From Candidatus Limnocylindrus sp. (GTDB taxonomy: Bacteria; Chloroflexota; Limnocylindria; Limnocylindrales; Limnocylindraceae), in NCBI GenBank assembly GCA_040397175.1, contig JBBAWM010000004.1:1-11485 (forward strand): DNA of 11,485 bases, in the 5' to 3' direction. The stretch's first letter is position 1. Each line of letters starts with the position of its first letter. The notes under the pieces were generated by a model. It ran no database searches. It had not been told where the DNA came from and saw nothing but the letters and a program-made list of their open reading frames with translations. This document shows positions 1 to 7,691 of this stretch, piece by piece. A program made the translations under genes and the position numbers.

Positions 1-1
1 C

Positions 2-61
2 GTGGCGGAGAGAGAGGGATTCGAACCCTCGATGGGGTTGCCCCCAAACCGCATTTCCAAT
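2..61 (-). repeat. Distal att site: duplicated 3' part of tRNA-Ser(GGA)
   Basis: GTGGCGGAGAGAGAGGGATTCGAACCCTCGATGGGGTTGCCCCCAAACCGCATTTCCAAT is identical to 8892..8951. Identity breaks at 1/8891 (c/a) and 62/8952 (t/g). The 5' half of the tRNA is absent here. Confidence 0.96.
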
Positions 62-152
62 TCGCCCCCGAGGAGGGATCGGAAGGTATCTGGGGGATGG
101 TTGAGTTCAACTGCGGCTGCAGAGAGGCGCTTTAGGTGGCAGAACTCTCGAT

Positions 153-176
153 AAATCCCACCCAGACCTCCACCCG
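153..176 (+). repeat. Putative integrase arm-type sites (tandem pair)
   Basis: AAATCCCACCCA and GACCTCCACCCG have 12-bp spacing and each match 9/12 to the AATCTCCACCCA tandem at 8799..8822. They lie about 90 bp inside the distal att core. Confidence 0.7.
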
Positions 177-407
177 GTGGTTGTCGAGCAGCTTTTGACC
201 TGAAGTCTCATACGGGAGTATTCGATCCTGCACCCTGAAACACCGGGAGAGCGCCCCCAGGGAATTGCCCAACGAAGCAGTTCGTGCGTGAGCTGGTGAT
301 TTCCGTGCTTGATTAAATCACCATTAAGTGGCAATTAATTGCCCCAACCCCCTATTTCCCCCCGCTTAGCCCCCCATACCCCCACACAGGCAAGGCAGGG
401 GTGGAAT

Positions 408-929
408 TCACCTACTAGCGAGGAGCTTGTCAATTTGGGCGGCTGTGAGTTTCCAACTAGTTGGTACTGCGTCAACTGTTCCTGCACCGGTGGCGCGAGC
501 CGACCAAGCTTTGTTTTCGTGGAGGATCGTCTCGCCACGGCCACCAGCACTCTTCTTAAGCTGAGCAACAACCTCTTTTGGGGTCGCAAGATACATCCGT
601 GGTCGTTCGTCGGCTGAGACACCTTTGAACTGCACAAAGCAGAAAACGGTGCGCGCTGAATGTCGAGCGTGCCATGTATCTGCCGCTACGGCGTAGTCCG
701 ACTTCCCACGGGTCAGGTAGCTCTGCGTGAGGCCCCAGGAGCCATCCTGCGAGCCTTTCACAGAGACTTTCAACATGTGCGCGCCCTTAGCGATCAAGAG
801 GTCATATTCGGGCTGGTTGGCACCATATTGAACCGAAACGTCGTAACCAAGACGAGCAAACTGTGCAGCCGCAATCGCCTCGGCTGCTACCCCTACCCGA
901 TATGAGGTGAACAACTGGCCCTTGGTCAT
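408..929 (-). CDS. Putative small PD-(D/E)xK-fold endonuclease, 173 aa
   Basis: Pattern G-x-x-AE (GVAAE)...GYDV...PEYDLL...KVSVK resembles the E...D...(Q/E)xK core of small Hjc/I-Ssp6803I-like nucleases. ATG overlaps the methyltransferase stop codon (TGATG, shared base 929). Confidence 0.7.
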   Translation of the reverse strand: MTKGQLFTSYRVGVAAEAIAAAQFARLGYDVSVQYGANQPEYDLLIAKGAHMLKVSVKGSQDGSWGLTQSYLTRGKSDYAVAADTWHARHSARTVFCFVQFKGVSADERPRMYLATPKEVVAQLKKSAGGRGETILHENKAWSARATGAGTVDAVPTSWKLTAAQIDKLLASR

Positions 930-3697
930 CAGACCTTGTACACCTTCATTACCTCGTCACCGAGGTTGTTGATCACCTTGACTGCAATCCTGCCAGTCGT
1001 TGGTTTCTCAAACGGACGTGATACATCGCTTCTCAATGTATTCCATGCCTCTTCATTAATCTCAGCTTTCAATGAGTTTTTCAGGGCCGAGTACGGGTCA
1101 TTGACGCCGAGGAAATAAGCATGCCGCACGAAGAAGCTCTCCTCGTTGTAATCAGTATCAATGAACCAGCACGCGATCCCGTCTTTTCCCGAACTCTCAA
1201 CCTGGCCACTCTGCGGCTTGAACACGTCAACGCCCTTAACTTGCACTTTGATACGGCCATCCTTCTCAGTGAAGACGTCAATGTCTGGCTCGCCAAAGAC
1301 GACAAACAGATTGGCCGCTTTGGTCTCCTTTAGATCGCCAGCCATGTGCAAATCTGCGTTCATGCGCGCTTTTAAGACCGGAAGCGCTCCCAGCTTGCTG
1401 AAGTCGGCTGCTTGAGCCTCATAGTTGAATGCGCACGCTACCAGCACATCGTATCCGCCTTCTGCCGCTTCTCGGGCAGCTTCAGCAAGGTCCGCTCGCT
1501 GCACGGTCCCAAATTCTGGGCCGATGAAAACGGCTGCCCTGCGTTCGCCTGACTCATCTTCATAGCGGCCTTCGGCGCAAACCATTTCTCCTGGCCACGC
1601 GTTTAGGCCAGTGAAGCTCATCCGGTCAGCCTTGTGCGCTTGCTGAACACCAGCCACCCTTAGGTTGTCAAGCACCATCTGGGCGAAACTTTGGCGTGCC
1701 TCATGTTCACTTTTCCCTTGAACACTGTTGTTAATGAGCTCCCCGTCAGCATCCACTCCGAGCATTCGATGAGGTGAGAGGCTTTCAACGGTGAACGGAC
1801 CGGCAACACGCACTACCTTTGTGTCAATCGCTGGTTTGTCATAAAGCATTTCATTCTCAGCTTTCGCCGCGATGGACCTATCGATTTCTTGTTGTCGTTG
1901 GCTGCGTGCGTTTAGCCAATCAGCATGTATCTTTTTGACTTCTGAGGACCAGGTTGATTCAGCCACAACTGGAATTTCCCAGTCACTCCAGCGCTGCTTA
2001 GTTCCAACGTTTAACTTCTCACGCAACGGCTCCAAAGTTTCCTGCCAGTGGTTCCAGATAACATCAATTTCGGCATTGTTTGCGATGGATTTAAGTGTGA
2101 TGTGGGGTACGCGCTCATAGACAAATCCTTGGCGAATGTTTCCCTGTGTTGGGTGTCGGCTAGGCGCCGTGCGCGTGATTTCAGCCTCTTTAACCTGCCC
2201 CTCATGGGAATCCGCAAGCAGGTAATACGGGTATCGAGCTCCCATGATGCGCGAACGCGCTAGGGCAAGGGCCACACGAGAAGTATCAATGGTGATCCAG
2301 CGTCGGCCCCATTGCTCCGCGACGAATGCAGTAGTCCCAGAGCCACACGTTGGATCGAGTACGAGATCTCCTGGATCGGTTGCCATCAAGAGGCATCGCT
2401 CAACTATGCCGGTGTTCGTCTGAACAACGTAGATAAGGTCTTTGGCGCCTTGGAATTCGTCCCAGAGGTTAAACAGGGGCTTGGCCGAGAAGTCATCCAA
2501 GAACCTCAGGTAATTTGGCAGTGCGCCACCTGGCGAATATGCCAAACGGCCAGCGCGAATCAATACGTCCATTCCGCTTGCGTTGGTGGCCCAACTCTTT
2601 TTCTGAGCAGGGACTTTCTTACCTTGAAACTCATAGTCATAGAAGCAAGTAGCTGTATAACCCGACGAAGTCAACTTGTCATACCGCAGTAAGCGCTCAC
2701 CCGGCGCAAGTTTGCTTGAGTCGGCCATTTCTTCGGCCGATGCCCTTCGGACGGAGCGAGAAGAATCGGTAATGTGCCGATATGGAGAGTCAGGTTCATC
2801 ACCTTTCCCTGTATACAATTGTCGATACTTCATCGCGCTTGCATCCTTCGCGTACCAAATGATGAAGTCTGAGACGTTGCCCAGCCCAGATGAACCAAGT
2901 GGGAGAGTTTTCCTAACGGTAATCAGGCTTACAAAGTTTTTTTCTCCAAAGACTTCATCCATCAGTGCGCGAGCCCGATGTACGTTCTCATCGCCCATTT
3001 GCAAGAAGAGCGATCCTGATTCTGTGAGTAAGTCGCGGCTGACGAGTAGCCGATCACGTAGGTAGGTCAGGTAACTATGGATGCCTTCTCGCCAAGTGTC
3101 TCGAAATGCTTTCACTTGCTCTGGCTCGCGAGTGATGTGGTCAGATTTTCCATCCTTCACGTCACGACTAGTCGTTGACCATTGAAAATTGCTTGCATAG
3201 TTGATTCCGTATGGCGGATCAATGTAGATCGCTTGCACCTTCCCTCGAAGACCTTCACGCTCAGCCAGACTTGCCATTACATTCAGTGAGTCCCCAAGGA
3301 TCATCCGGTTTGTCCAGTTCTGGTCATGCTGGTAGAACTCGGTTTTATCGGCACCCTCAGGCACGCCGTTGAAGTCGGAGAAGAGGTCAAGCTGCTCTCC
3401 TGCGGAAGGCTTTCCAACCTTCGTCTGGGCGAGAAGATCCTCAATCAGCACCTTCGGGTGCACTTTCTCCTGGATGTAGAGCGGGGTGTGCTGCACGGCC
3501 AGATCCGCCGCGTCTTGCGCATCCTTCCCGCGCCAAACAAGCTGCGGGTCGAGATCGGTGTCGCGCGGGTACAAGAGCGTCTTAGGGGCCGCCTCTGACT
3601 GTGGCATCACGGCCTGATTCTCGGCGGTGGGGTTGTTCTTGCGCTTATCAGCCGAATGCTTGAACGCCTCGACCTGCTTAGGCTTCTCTTTAGCCAT
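929..3697 (-). CDS. Site-specific amino-DNA methyltransferase, beta class (Type III Mod-like), 922 aa
   Basis: Motif IV IYIDPPYG precedes motif I VLDPTCGSGTT (beta order) with a TRD-sized segment between. Also has MILGDSL and YLTYLRDRL motifs. Starts 2 nt after the res stop, behind a GGAGG-containing tract. Confidence 0.93.
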   Translation of the reverse strand: MAKEKPKQVEAFKHSADKRKNNPTAENQAVMPQSEAAPKTLLYPRDTDLDPQLVWRGKDAQDAADLAVQHTPLYIQEKVHPKVLIEDLLAQTKVGKPSAGEQLDLFSDFNGVPEGADKTEFYQHDQNWTNRMILGDSLNVMASLAEREGLRGKVQAIYIDPPYGINYASNFQWSTTSRDVKDGKSDHITREPEQVKAFRDTWREGIHSYLTYLRDRLLVSRDLLTESGSLFLQMGDENVHRARALMDEVFGEKNFVSLITVRKTLPLGSSGLGNVSDFIIWYAKDASAMKYRQLYTGKGDEPDSPYRHITDSSRSVRRASAEEMADSSKLAPGERLLRYDKLTSSGYTATCFYDYEFQGKKVPAQKKSWATNASGMDVLIRAGRLAYSPGGALPNYLRFLDDFSAKPLFNLWDEFQGAKDLIYVVQTNTGIVERCLLMATDPGDLVLDPTCGSGTTAFVAEQWGRRWITIDTSRVALALARSRIMGARYPYYLLADSHEGQVKEAEITRTAPSRHPTQGNIRQGFVYERVPHITLKSIANNAEIDVIWNHWQETLEPLREKLNVGTKQRWSDWEIPVVAESTWSSEVKKIHADWLNARSQRQQEIDRSIAAKAENEMLYDKPAIDTKVVRVAGPFTVESLSPHRMLGVDADGELINNSVQGKSEHEARQSFAQMVLDNLRVAGVQQAHKADRMSFTGLNAWPGEMVCAEGRYEDESGERRAAVFIGPEFGTVQRADLAEAAREAAEGGYDVLVACAFNYEAQAADFSKLGALPVLKARMNADLHMAGDLKETKAANLFVVFGEPDIDVFTEKDGRIKVQVKGVDVFKPQSGQVESSGKDGIACWFIDTDYNEESFFVRHAYFLGVNDPYSALKNSLKAEINEEAWNTLRSDVSRPFEKPTTGRIAVKVINNLGDEVMKVYKV

Positions 3698-3699
3698 GA

Positions 3700-6600
3700 C
3701 TACCCCCCTCCCCCATCGCCTGAACCATGTTCATCAATCATCGCACCAAAATCGTGCACCTGGGTGCACTCGGAAAATGCCCACCGGCCGTACGTCCCCA
3801 GATTATTGACGCCTGGCACCCAGTAAGCGTCCATCGTTGCCTTCTTGTCTTTCGCATCTTCTCCGCGGTAGCCCTTCACCTCCACAACAAGATGGAGAGG
3901 GTCATCTTTGCCGCGACCGTCATCCACGAGGACGATGAAATCAGGGATGTAGGTTCGTCGCTCCGACTTGAACCGATACGGCACCTCAAACCCCATATTG
4001 TGATTCTTGACGTACGCAAGCACCTTCGGGTGAGCTTCTGCAACGCGGCAGAATTCCCCTTCCCAATTGCTATCGAGCACGTGAATGTTGAGGTGCGCCT
4101 TGGCGGCATCGGTAGTCCAAATGTTGGTCTTTGAAGAGGTGAAGTGCACATTCGCTGTTGAACCGGTTGGGTTGTATGGGTCAAGGAGCGCACGGATTGG
4201 TCGGTCGCCCACCATCGTTTGTGTGATGGCGTCCATGATGCGATTGCAGGCCAGATCGCTGAGCTCTTGGTAGCGCAGGAGCGCGGGAGAAGTGTCGCCG
4301 ATACACTTCAGGCATGTCGCAACCCAATCAGCCGTAATCCGCCTGAGCTGGCCGTAAAGATGGGTCTTTACAACGCCGTCAGCATCGCGCCACCTTGTTG
4401 ACATCAGGCGCGCCGTCAAACGGAGCACAACTTCGGCATTCCTAACGCTATCGAGATGGTCGATGTTCATGTCGGCGAACTCTCCGACGATTCCCGCGTT
4501 GCGGACGATCACAGGGCCGACAAGCTCTGGGGTCAGCTCCAGGACTGAATCGGGACCAAACGTGGCCGTGAGGCGTTCTTCCGGCAGGTCCACACGGTAC
4601 CCCTCGACACGCGGGAAGGAAATCTCTAGAGCATCACGGTCCGGTCGCATCGCACGCACCAAGACCGTCTCACGAGGTGACGTTGGTGTGGCAACAACTG
4701 GTTTTGCCGTGAAATCAAACGGAATACCAAAGACGTCAGCGTACTCAGGGTCAAAAAGCCCCTCTTGGTTGAGTTCGTACGATTGCCGACGCAACGCGCG
4801 ACCAATCACCTGCTCACAGAGAAGTTGCGTGCCAAACGCTCGGATACCTAGCACGTGCGTCACGGTGTTCGCGTCCCACCCTTCGGTGAGCATGGAGACT
4901 GAGACGACGCAGCGGATGCCCGCACCGAGCTGCCCCGGCTTACCCACCGTATTCATCACCTCGCGTAGGAGGTCCTGATCGGTAATGTTCTCCGCGGTCC
5001 CTTGACCGTCACGTTGCTCACGCTCTCGGCGGAACTGCTCAATCTCGTCGGCCGCCATAGCACGGAACTGGTCATCAAGAGCGTCACCCGCTTCGAGCTG
5101 CAGGCTGTCGATTAGCAGCGTGTTTGGTCGCGCGAGTTGCTGGCCTGTTTCGGCGTCGTAGTTCTGAAAGAGCGGGAGCTGCCCGGCAACTAGAGCCTCG
5201 CTGCCGTCTGGCAGTGTGCGTTTGAAGCCAGACACATATTCGTAGACGAGCTTTGAAATTCCCGTGTTCTGGCAAACGATGATGAAACATGGCGGCACAC
5301 CGATCTTCTGCGCCTCCCACATCTCGTAGGTTTTTACGTAGTGCCCGTAGAGCACTTCGAGGGCAGTCTGCAGCTTTGCTGGTAGATCAAGGGGGTCGTA
5401 CCGTCCCTCTCCGACCAACTTCGGCTTCTTCGGCAAGTCTTTACCGATGTGCTTCCAAAGTTCACGGTAAATCGGCATCTCGTCCGACGGCACGTTTTCG
5501 GCAATAGGCACGCGCGGCAACTTGACGATGCCGCTCTCAATCGCGTCCATCAGGGAAAAGTCGCTCACAGCCCATGGGAAGAGCGTGCCCTCTGCGTAGC
5601 CGGACCCAGCGAGGAAGAATGGTGTTGCGGATAGGTCGAGCACCCGGTTCACACTGAGCTTCCGGTTTACGGCTTCAAGCCCAGAGATCCACAGGCGCGC
5701 CGCCTCGGCTCGCTGCTCTGCCTCTTTACGGTCATCGCCAGTGAGATCCTCGGCTGACTCGTCGTCTTCGTCAAGTGGCTTCTCCCTGTAGCAGTGGTGC
5801 GCTTCGTCGTTGAGGACAAGCACGCCCTTCATCCCCATAAGCTCAGGTACAACTCGATGGAGCATCTGGCCTTCCGACTCCAGGGTTTGGATGTCCTCGC
5901 CTGTGCGGCCTTTTAGGAACCTTCGGCCTCCGGCGGAGAGATCCATCGTCTCGCGAAGCTTGAAGGCGTGATAGTTGGTGATCACAATCTTCGCGCGACG
6001 GACGTCGTCAAGCATGTCTGACGGCACGAGCTGTCGATCTAGGTAGTAGTTCTTCGCATCGTTTGGCAACAGGACGCGCAGTCGATCCTTGATGGTGATG
6101 CCCGGCGTGACGACGAGGAAACCCTTTGTAAACATCTTGCTGCCTGGGTGGCGTACCGCGTTCACAGTCTGCCAGGCGATAAGCATTGCCATGATCGTCG
6201 TCTTCCCCGCGCCAGTCGCTAGTTTCAGCGCCATCCGGTCGAGTTCAGGGTTGGCACCAAGGTTGGCATTCTTTACTAGGTCGAGGACACGCTTGCCACT
6301 GGCGGTCTTCGGTGCGACCTCCGTGAGCCAGATCGCCGTCTCCGCAGCTTCGATCTGACAGAAGAACGGGCGCTCCCGATCAAACTTACCTGTGCGCCAG
6401 TGCTCTAGAAGCCGTGCGGTCTCAGGGGTAACGCCCCACGTGCTCTTGCTTGGCAGGGCGCGCCACTGATCTACGTTGTGTCGCACCTCGTTGATGATTT
6501 CAGCGGTGAGCCCGTCTTGCTGGCCCGCTGTTGAGAGCCCTTGTCCCTCGTCATAGACAATCTCAGTTTGGGCTTTAGCTTTCTTCTGCTTCTGTGATTT

Positions 6601-6825
6601 TGGGATGGGTGTGGTGAAATCCGCACTACGCCGCTTCTCAATAATCCGTTGCGTTGGCTGACCCTCTTTATCAAGCTCCCAGTGCCGAAGTGGAATGCGG
6701 TACGGCGAATTCAGGATGGGGTGGTCGAAGAAGGGGTTACCAGAGCCGCCCTCCCGAAGGTCCCCTGTGTTGTTCGCTACGTCAGCCATGCTGGGGAGTC
6801 TACGACGAATCTGGGGCTGCGCCAC
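3700..6825 (-). CDS. Type III-like restriction subunit: SF2 helicase/ATPase plus C-terminal PD-(D/E)xK nuclease, 1041 aa
   Basis: Walker A LATGAGKT, Walker B LNDEAHH, motif III LSATP, MLTEGWD, motif VI EQVIGRALRR, and C-terminal YIPDFIV...VVEVKG. GTG start has GGAGG (6832..6836) 6 nt upstream. Confidence 0.93.
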   Translation of the reverse strand: MAQPQIRRRLPSMADVANNTGDLREGGSGNPFFDHPILNSPYRIPLRHWELDKEGQPTQRIIEKRRSADFTTPIPKSQKQKKAKAQTEIVYDEGQGLSTAGQQDGLTAEIINEVRHNVDQWRALPSKSTWGVTPETARLLEHWRTGKFDRERPFFCQIEAAETAIWLTEVAPKTASGKRVLDLVKNANLGANPELDRMALKLATGAGKTTIMAMLIAWQTVNAVRHPGSKMFTKGFLVVTPGITIKDRLRVLLPNDAKNYYLDRQLVPSDMLDDVRRAKIVITNYHAFKLRETMDLSAGGRRFLKGRTGEDIQTLESEGQMLHRVVPELMGMKGVLVLNDEAHHCYREKPLDEDDESAEDLTGDDRKEAEQRAEAARLWISGLEAVNRKLSVNRVLDLSATPFFLAGSGYAEGTLFPWAVSDFSLMDAIESGIVKLPRVPIAENVPSDEMPIYRELWKHIGKDLPKKPKLVGEGRYDPLDLPAKLQTALEVLYGHYVKTYEMWEAQKIGVPPCFIIVCQNTGISKLVYEYVSGFKRTLPDGSEALVAGQLPLFQNYDAETGQQLARPNTLLIDSLQLEAGDALDDQFRAMAADEIEQFRREREQRDGQGTAENITDQDLLREVMNTVGKPGQLGAGIRCVVSVSMLTEGWDANTVTHVLGIRAFGTQLLCEQVIGRALRRQSYELNQEGLFDPEYADVFGIPFDFTAKPVVATPTSPRETVLVRAMRPDRDALEISFPRVEGYRVDLPEERLTATFGPDSVLELTPELVGPVIVRNAGIVGEFADMNIDHLDSVRNAEVVLRLTARLMSTRWRDADGVVKTHLYGQLRRITADWVATCLKCIGDTSPALLRYQELSDLACNRIMDAITQTMVGDRPIRALLDPYNPTGSTANVHFTSSKTNIWTTDAAKAHLNIHVLDSNWEGEFCRVAEAHPKVLAYVKNHNMGFEVPYRFKSERRTYIPDFIVLVDDGRGKDDPLHLVVEVKGYRGEDAKDKKATMDAYWVPGVNNLGTYGRWAFSECTQVHDFGAMIDEHGSGDGGGG

Positions 6826-7004
6826 AGATGCCCTCCAGCCCGTGCCAGGTGTGTGGCGTACCCCTCCTCTTTGGCAAAGTTAACTGCCCCGAAAGGGATT
6901 ACTAACGGGACCGAAACTGTGTCAAGAAGAGATTCTGCTGAGCACAGAAGGTGCCGGTCAAGCGTGCGTTTGGAAAAGTGGCAAGTTCGGGAGTCGCTCG
7001 CCAT

Positions 7005-7325
7005 CTAGCGCTTGGTAGCCGGACGCTTTGCCCTGCGCGCGACGGTTTTACGCCGTGGCGCCAACCGCGCCTGCTCTTCTAGGTTTAACTCATACTCGGC
7101 CTGAAGCTCCGCTATCGAACGTTGGAGTTCGTGGACGAGCTGCAACATCTCACGCTCGGTATATCGGTAGTTGTATGGGTTAGACAGACGAGTGAGGCGG
7201 GCAATCGCCTCCTTCGCGTCGTTCAGTCGCCGCTCCGACAAGCGCTCGAAGTTCTCCTTGCGCATGCGCTCACTGTCAGCTCCGCCGAGCCGACCAGGGC
7301 CAACACCTTTAACACGCTTCTCCAT
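7005..7325 (-). CDS. Small basic alpha-helical hypothetical protein, 106 aa
   Basis: Amphipathic core RKENFERLSERRLNDAKEAIARLTRLSNPYNYRYTEREM and a basic tail RRKTVARRAKRPATKR. Co-oriented with res/mod and preceded directly by a good promoter match. Confidence 0.75.
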   Translation of the reverse strand: MEKRVKGVGPGRLGGADSERMRKENFERLSERRLNDAKEAIARLTRLSNPYNYRYTEREMLQLVHELQRSIAELQAEYELNLEEQARLAPRRKTVARRAKRPATKR

Positions 7326-7331
7326 CTGTCA

Positions 7332-7360
7332 ACTATAGCAGTGCTTGACATATTCTACAA
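7332..7360 (-). promoter_or_regulatory. Sigma70-type promoter for the 106-aa gene, predicted leaderless
   Basis: On the - strand: TTGTAG (7360..7355), 17 nt, then extended -10 TGc-TATAGT (7337..7332). The ATG starts 6 nt later at 7325 with no SD. Confidence 0.65.
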
Positions 7361-7375
7361 TTGTGTTAATTACAT

Positions 7376-7405
7376 TTGGCACTCCCTAAGAAAGTGTGCT
7401 AGGAT
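7376..7405 (+). promoter_or_regulatory. Putative sigma70-type promoter for xis-int
   Basis: TTGGCA (7376..7381), 18 nt, then TAGGAT (7400..7405) with extended -10 TG at 7397-7398. SD AAGGAG at 7461..7466. Confidence 0.5.
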
Positions 7406-7472
7406 GCCTTTAGAGGGCGGAGACACCGTCCTCACACCGAACGCATCGGTACAACGCGACAAGGAGTAACTA

Positions 7473-7691
7473 GTGGTCATCGCACAACATGCAGCGTCGC
7501 TAGAGCTGCTCACACGAAAGCAGGCAGCTCACCTGCTCGGCATCGGACTCAAAACTTTGGATCGATTGGTCAGCGAAGGTCGATTGCGCCACATCAAGGC
7601 GGGAGCCCGGATTCTTCGCTTCCGCCCTACGAACATCGAATTCTTTCTTGACGAGAGCGCATGTAATTCCACTGCAAAGGAGACTGACTAA
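7473..7691 (+). CDS. xis: Excisionase-family HTH DNA-binding protein (HTH_17-like), 72 aa
   Basis: LLTRKQAAHLLGIGLKTLDRLVSEGRLRHIKAG...RFR is a typical excisionase winged-HTH signature. SD AAGGAG precedes the GTG. Stop overlaps the int start (TAATG at 7689..7693). Confidence 0.85.
   Translation: MVIAQHAASLELLTRKQAAHLLGIGLKTLDRLVSEGRLRHIKAGARILRFRPTNIEFFLDESACNSTAKETD

Noticed and set aside
2-61. An additional tRNA gene at the window start
   Set aside because: Only the 3' half is present. The D arm and 5' acceptor strand are missing, so it is the att duplication.
107-637. ORFs 107..334 (-), 335..637 (-) and 339..617 (+)
   Set aside because: No recognisable motifs. They overlap the better-supported 408..929 gene or the arm-site, palindrome and G-tract region.
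2937-2943. A7 run in mod, and G-runs at 3703..3714, as phase-variation tracts
   Set aside because: Too short, frames are intact, and no tandem simple-sequence repeat typical of phase-variable mod genes is seen. The G-runs overlap the likely mod SD.
6896-6925. TTGACA on the - strand (6925..6920) as the res promoter -35
   Set aside because: No convincing -10 at 16-18 nt spacing (AGTAAT, GTAATC, TAATCC), so it is not called as a promoter.
7345-7373. TTGACA at 7345..7350 as the xis-int -35
   Set aside because: The paired -10 is weak (TAATTA or AATTAC). The downstream TGc-TAGGAT candidate fits better.
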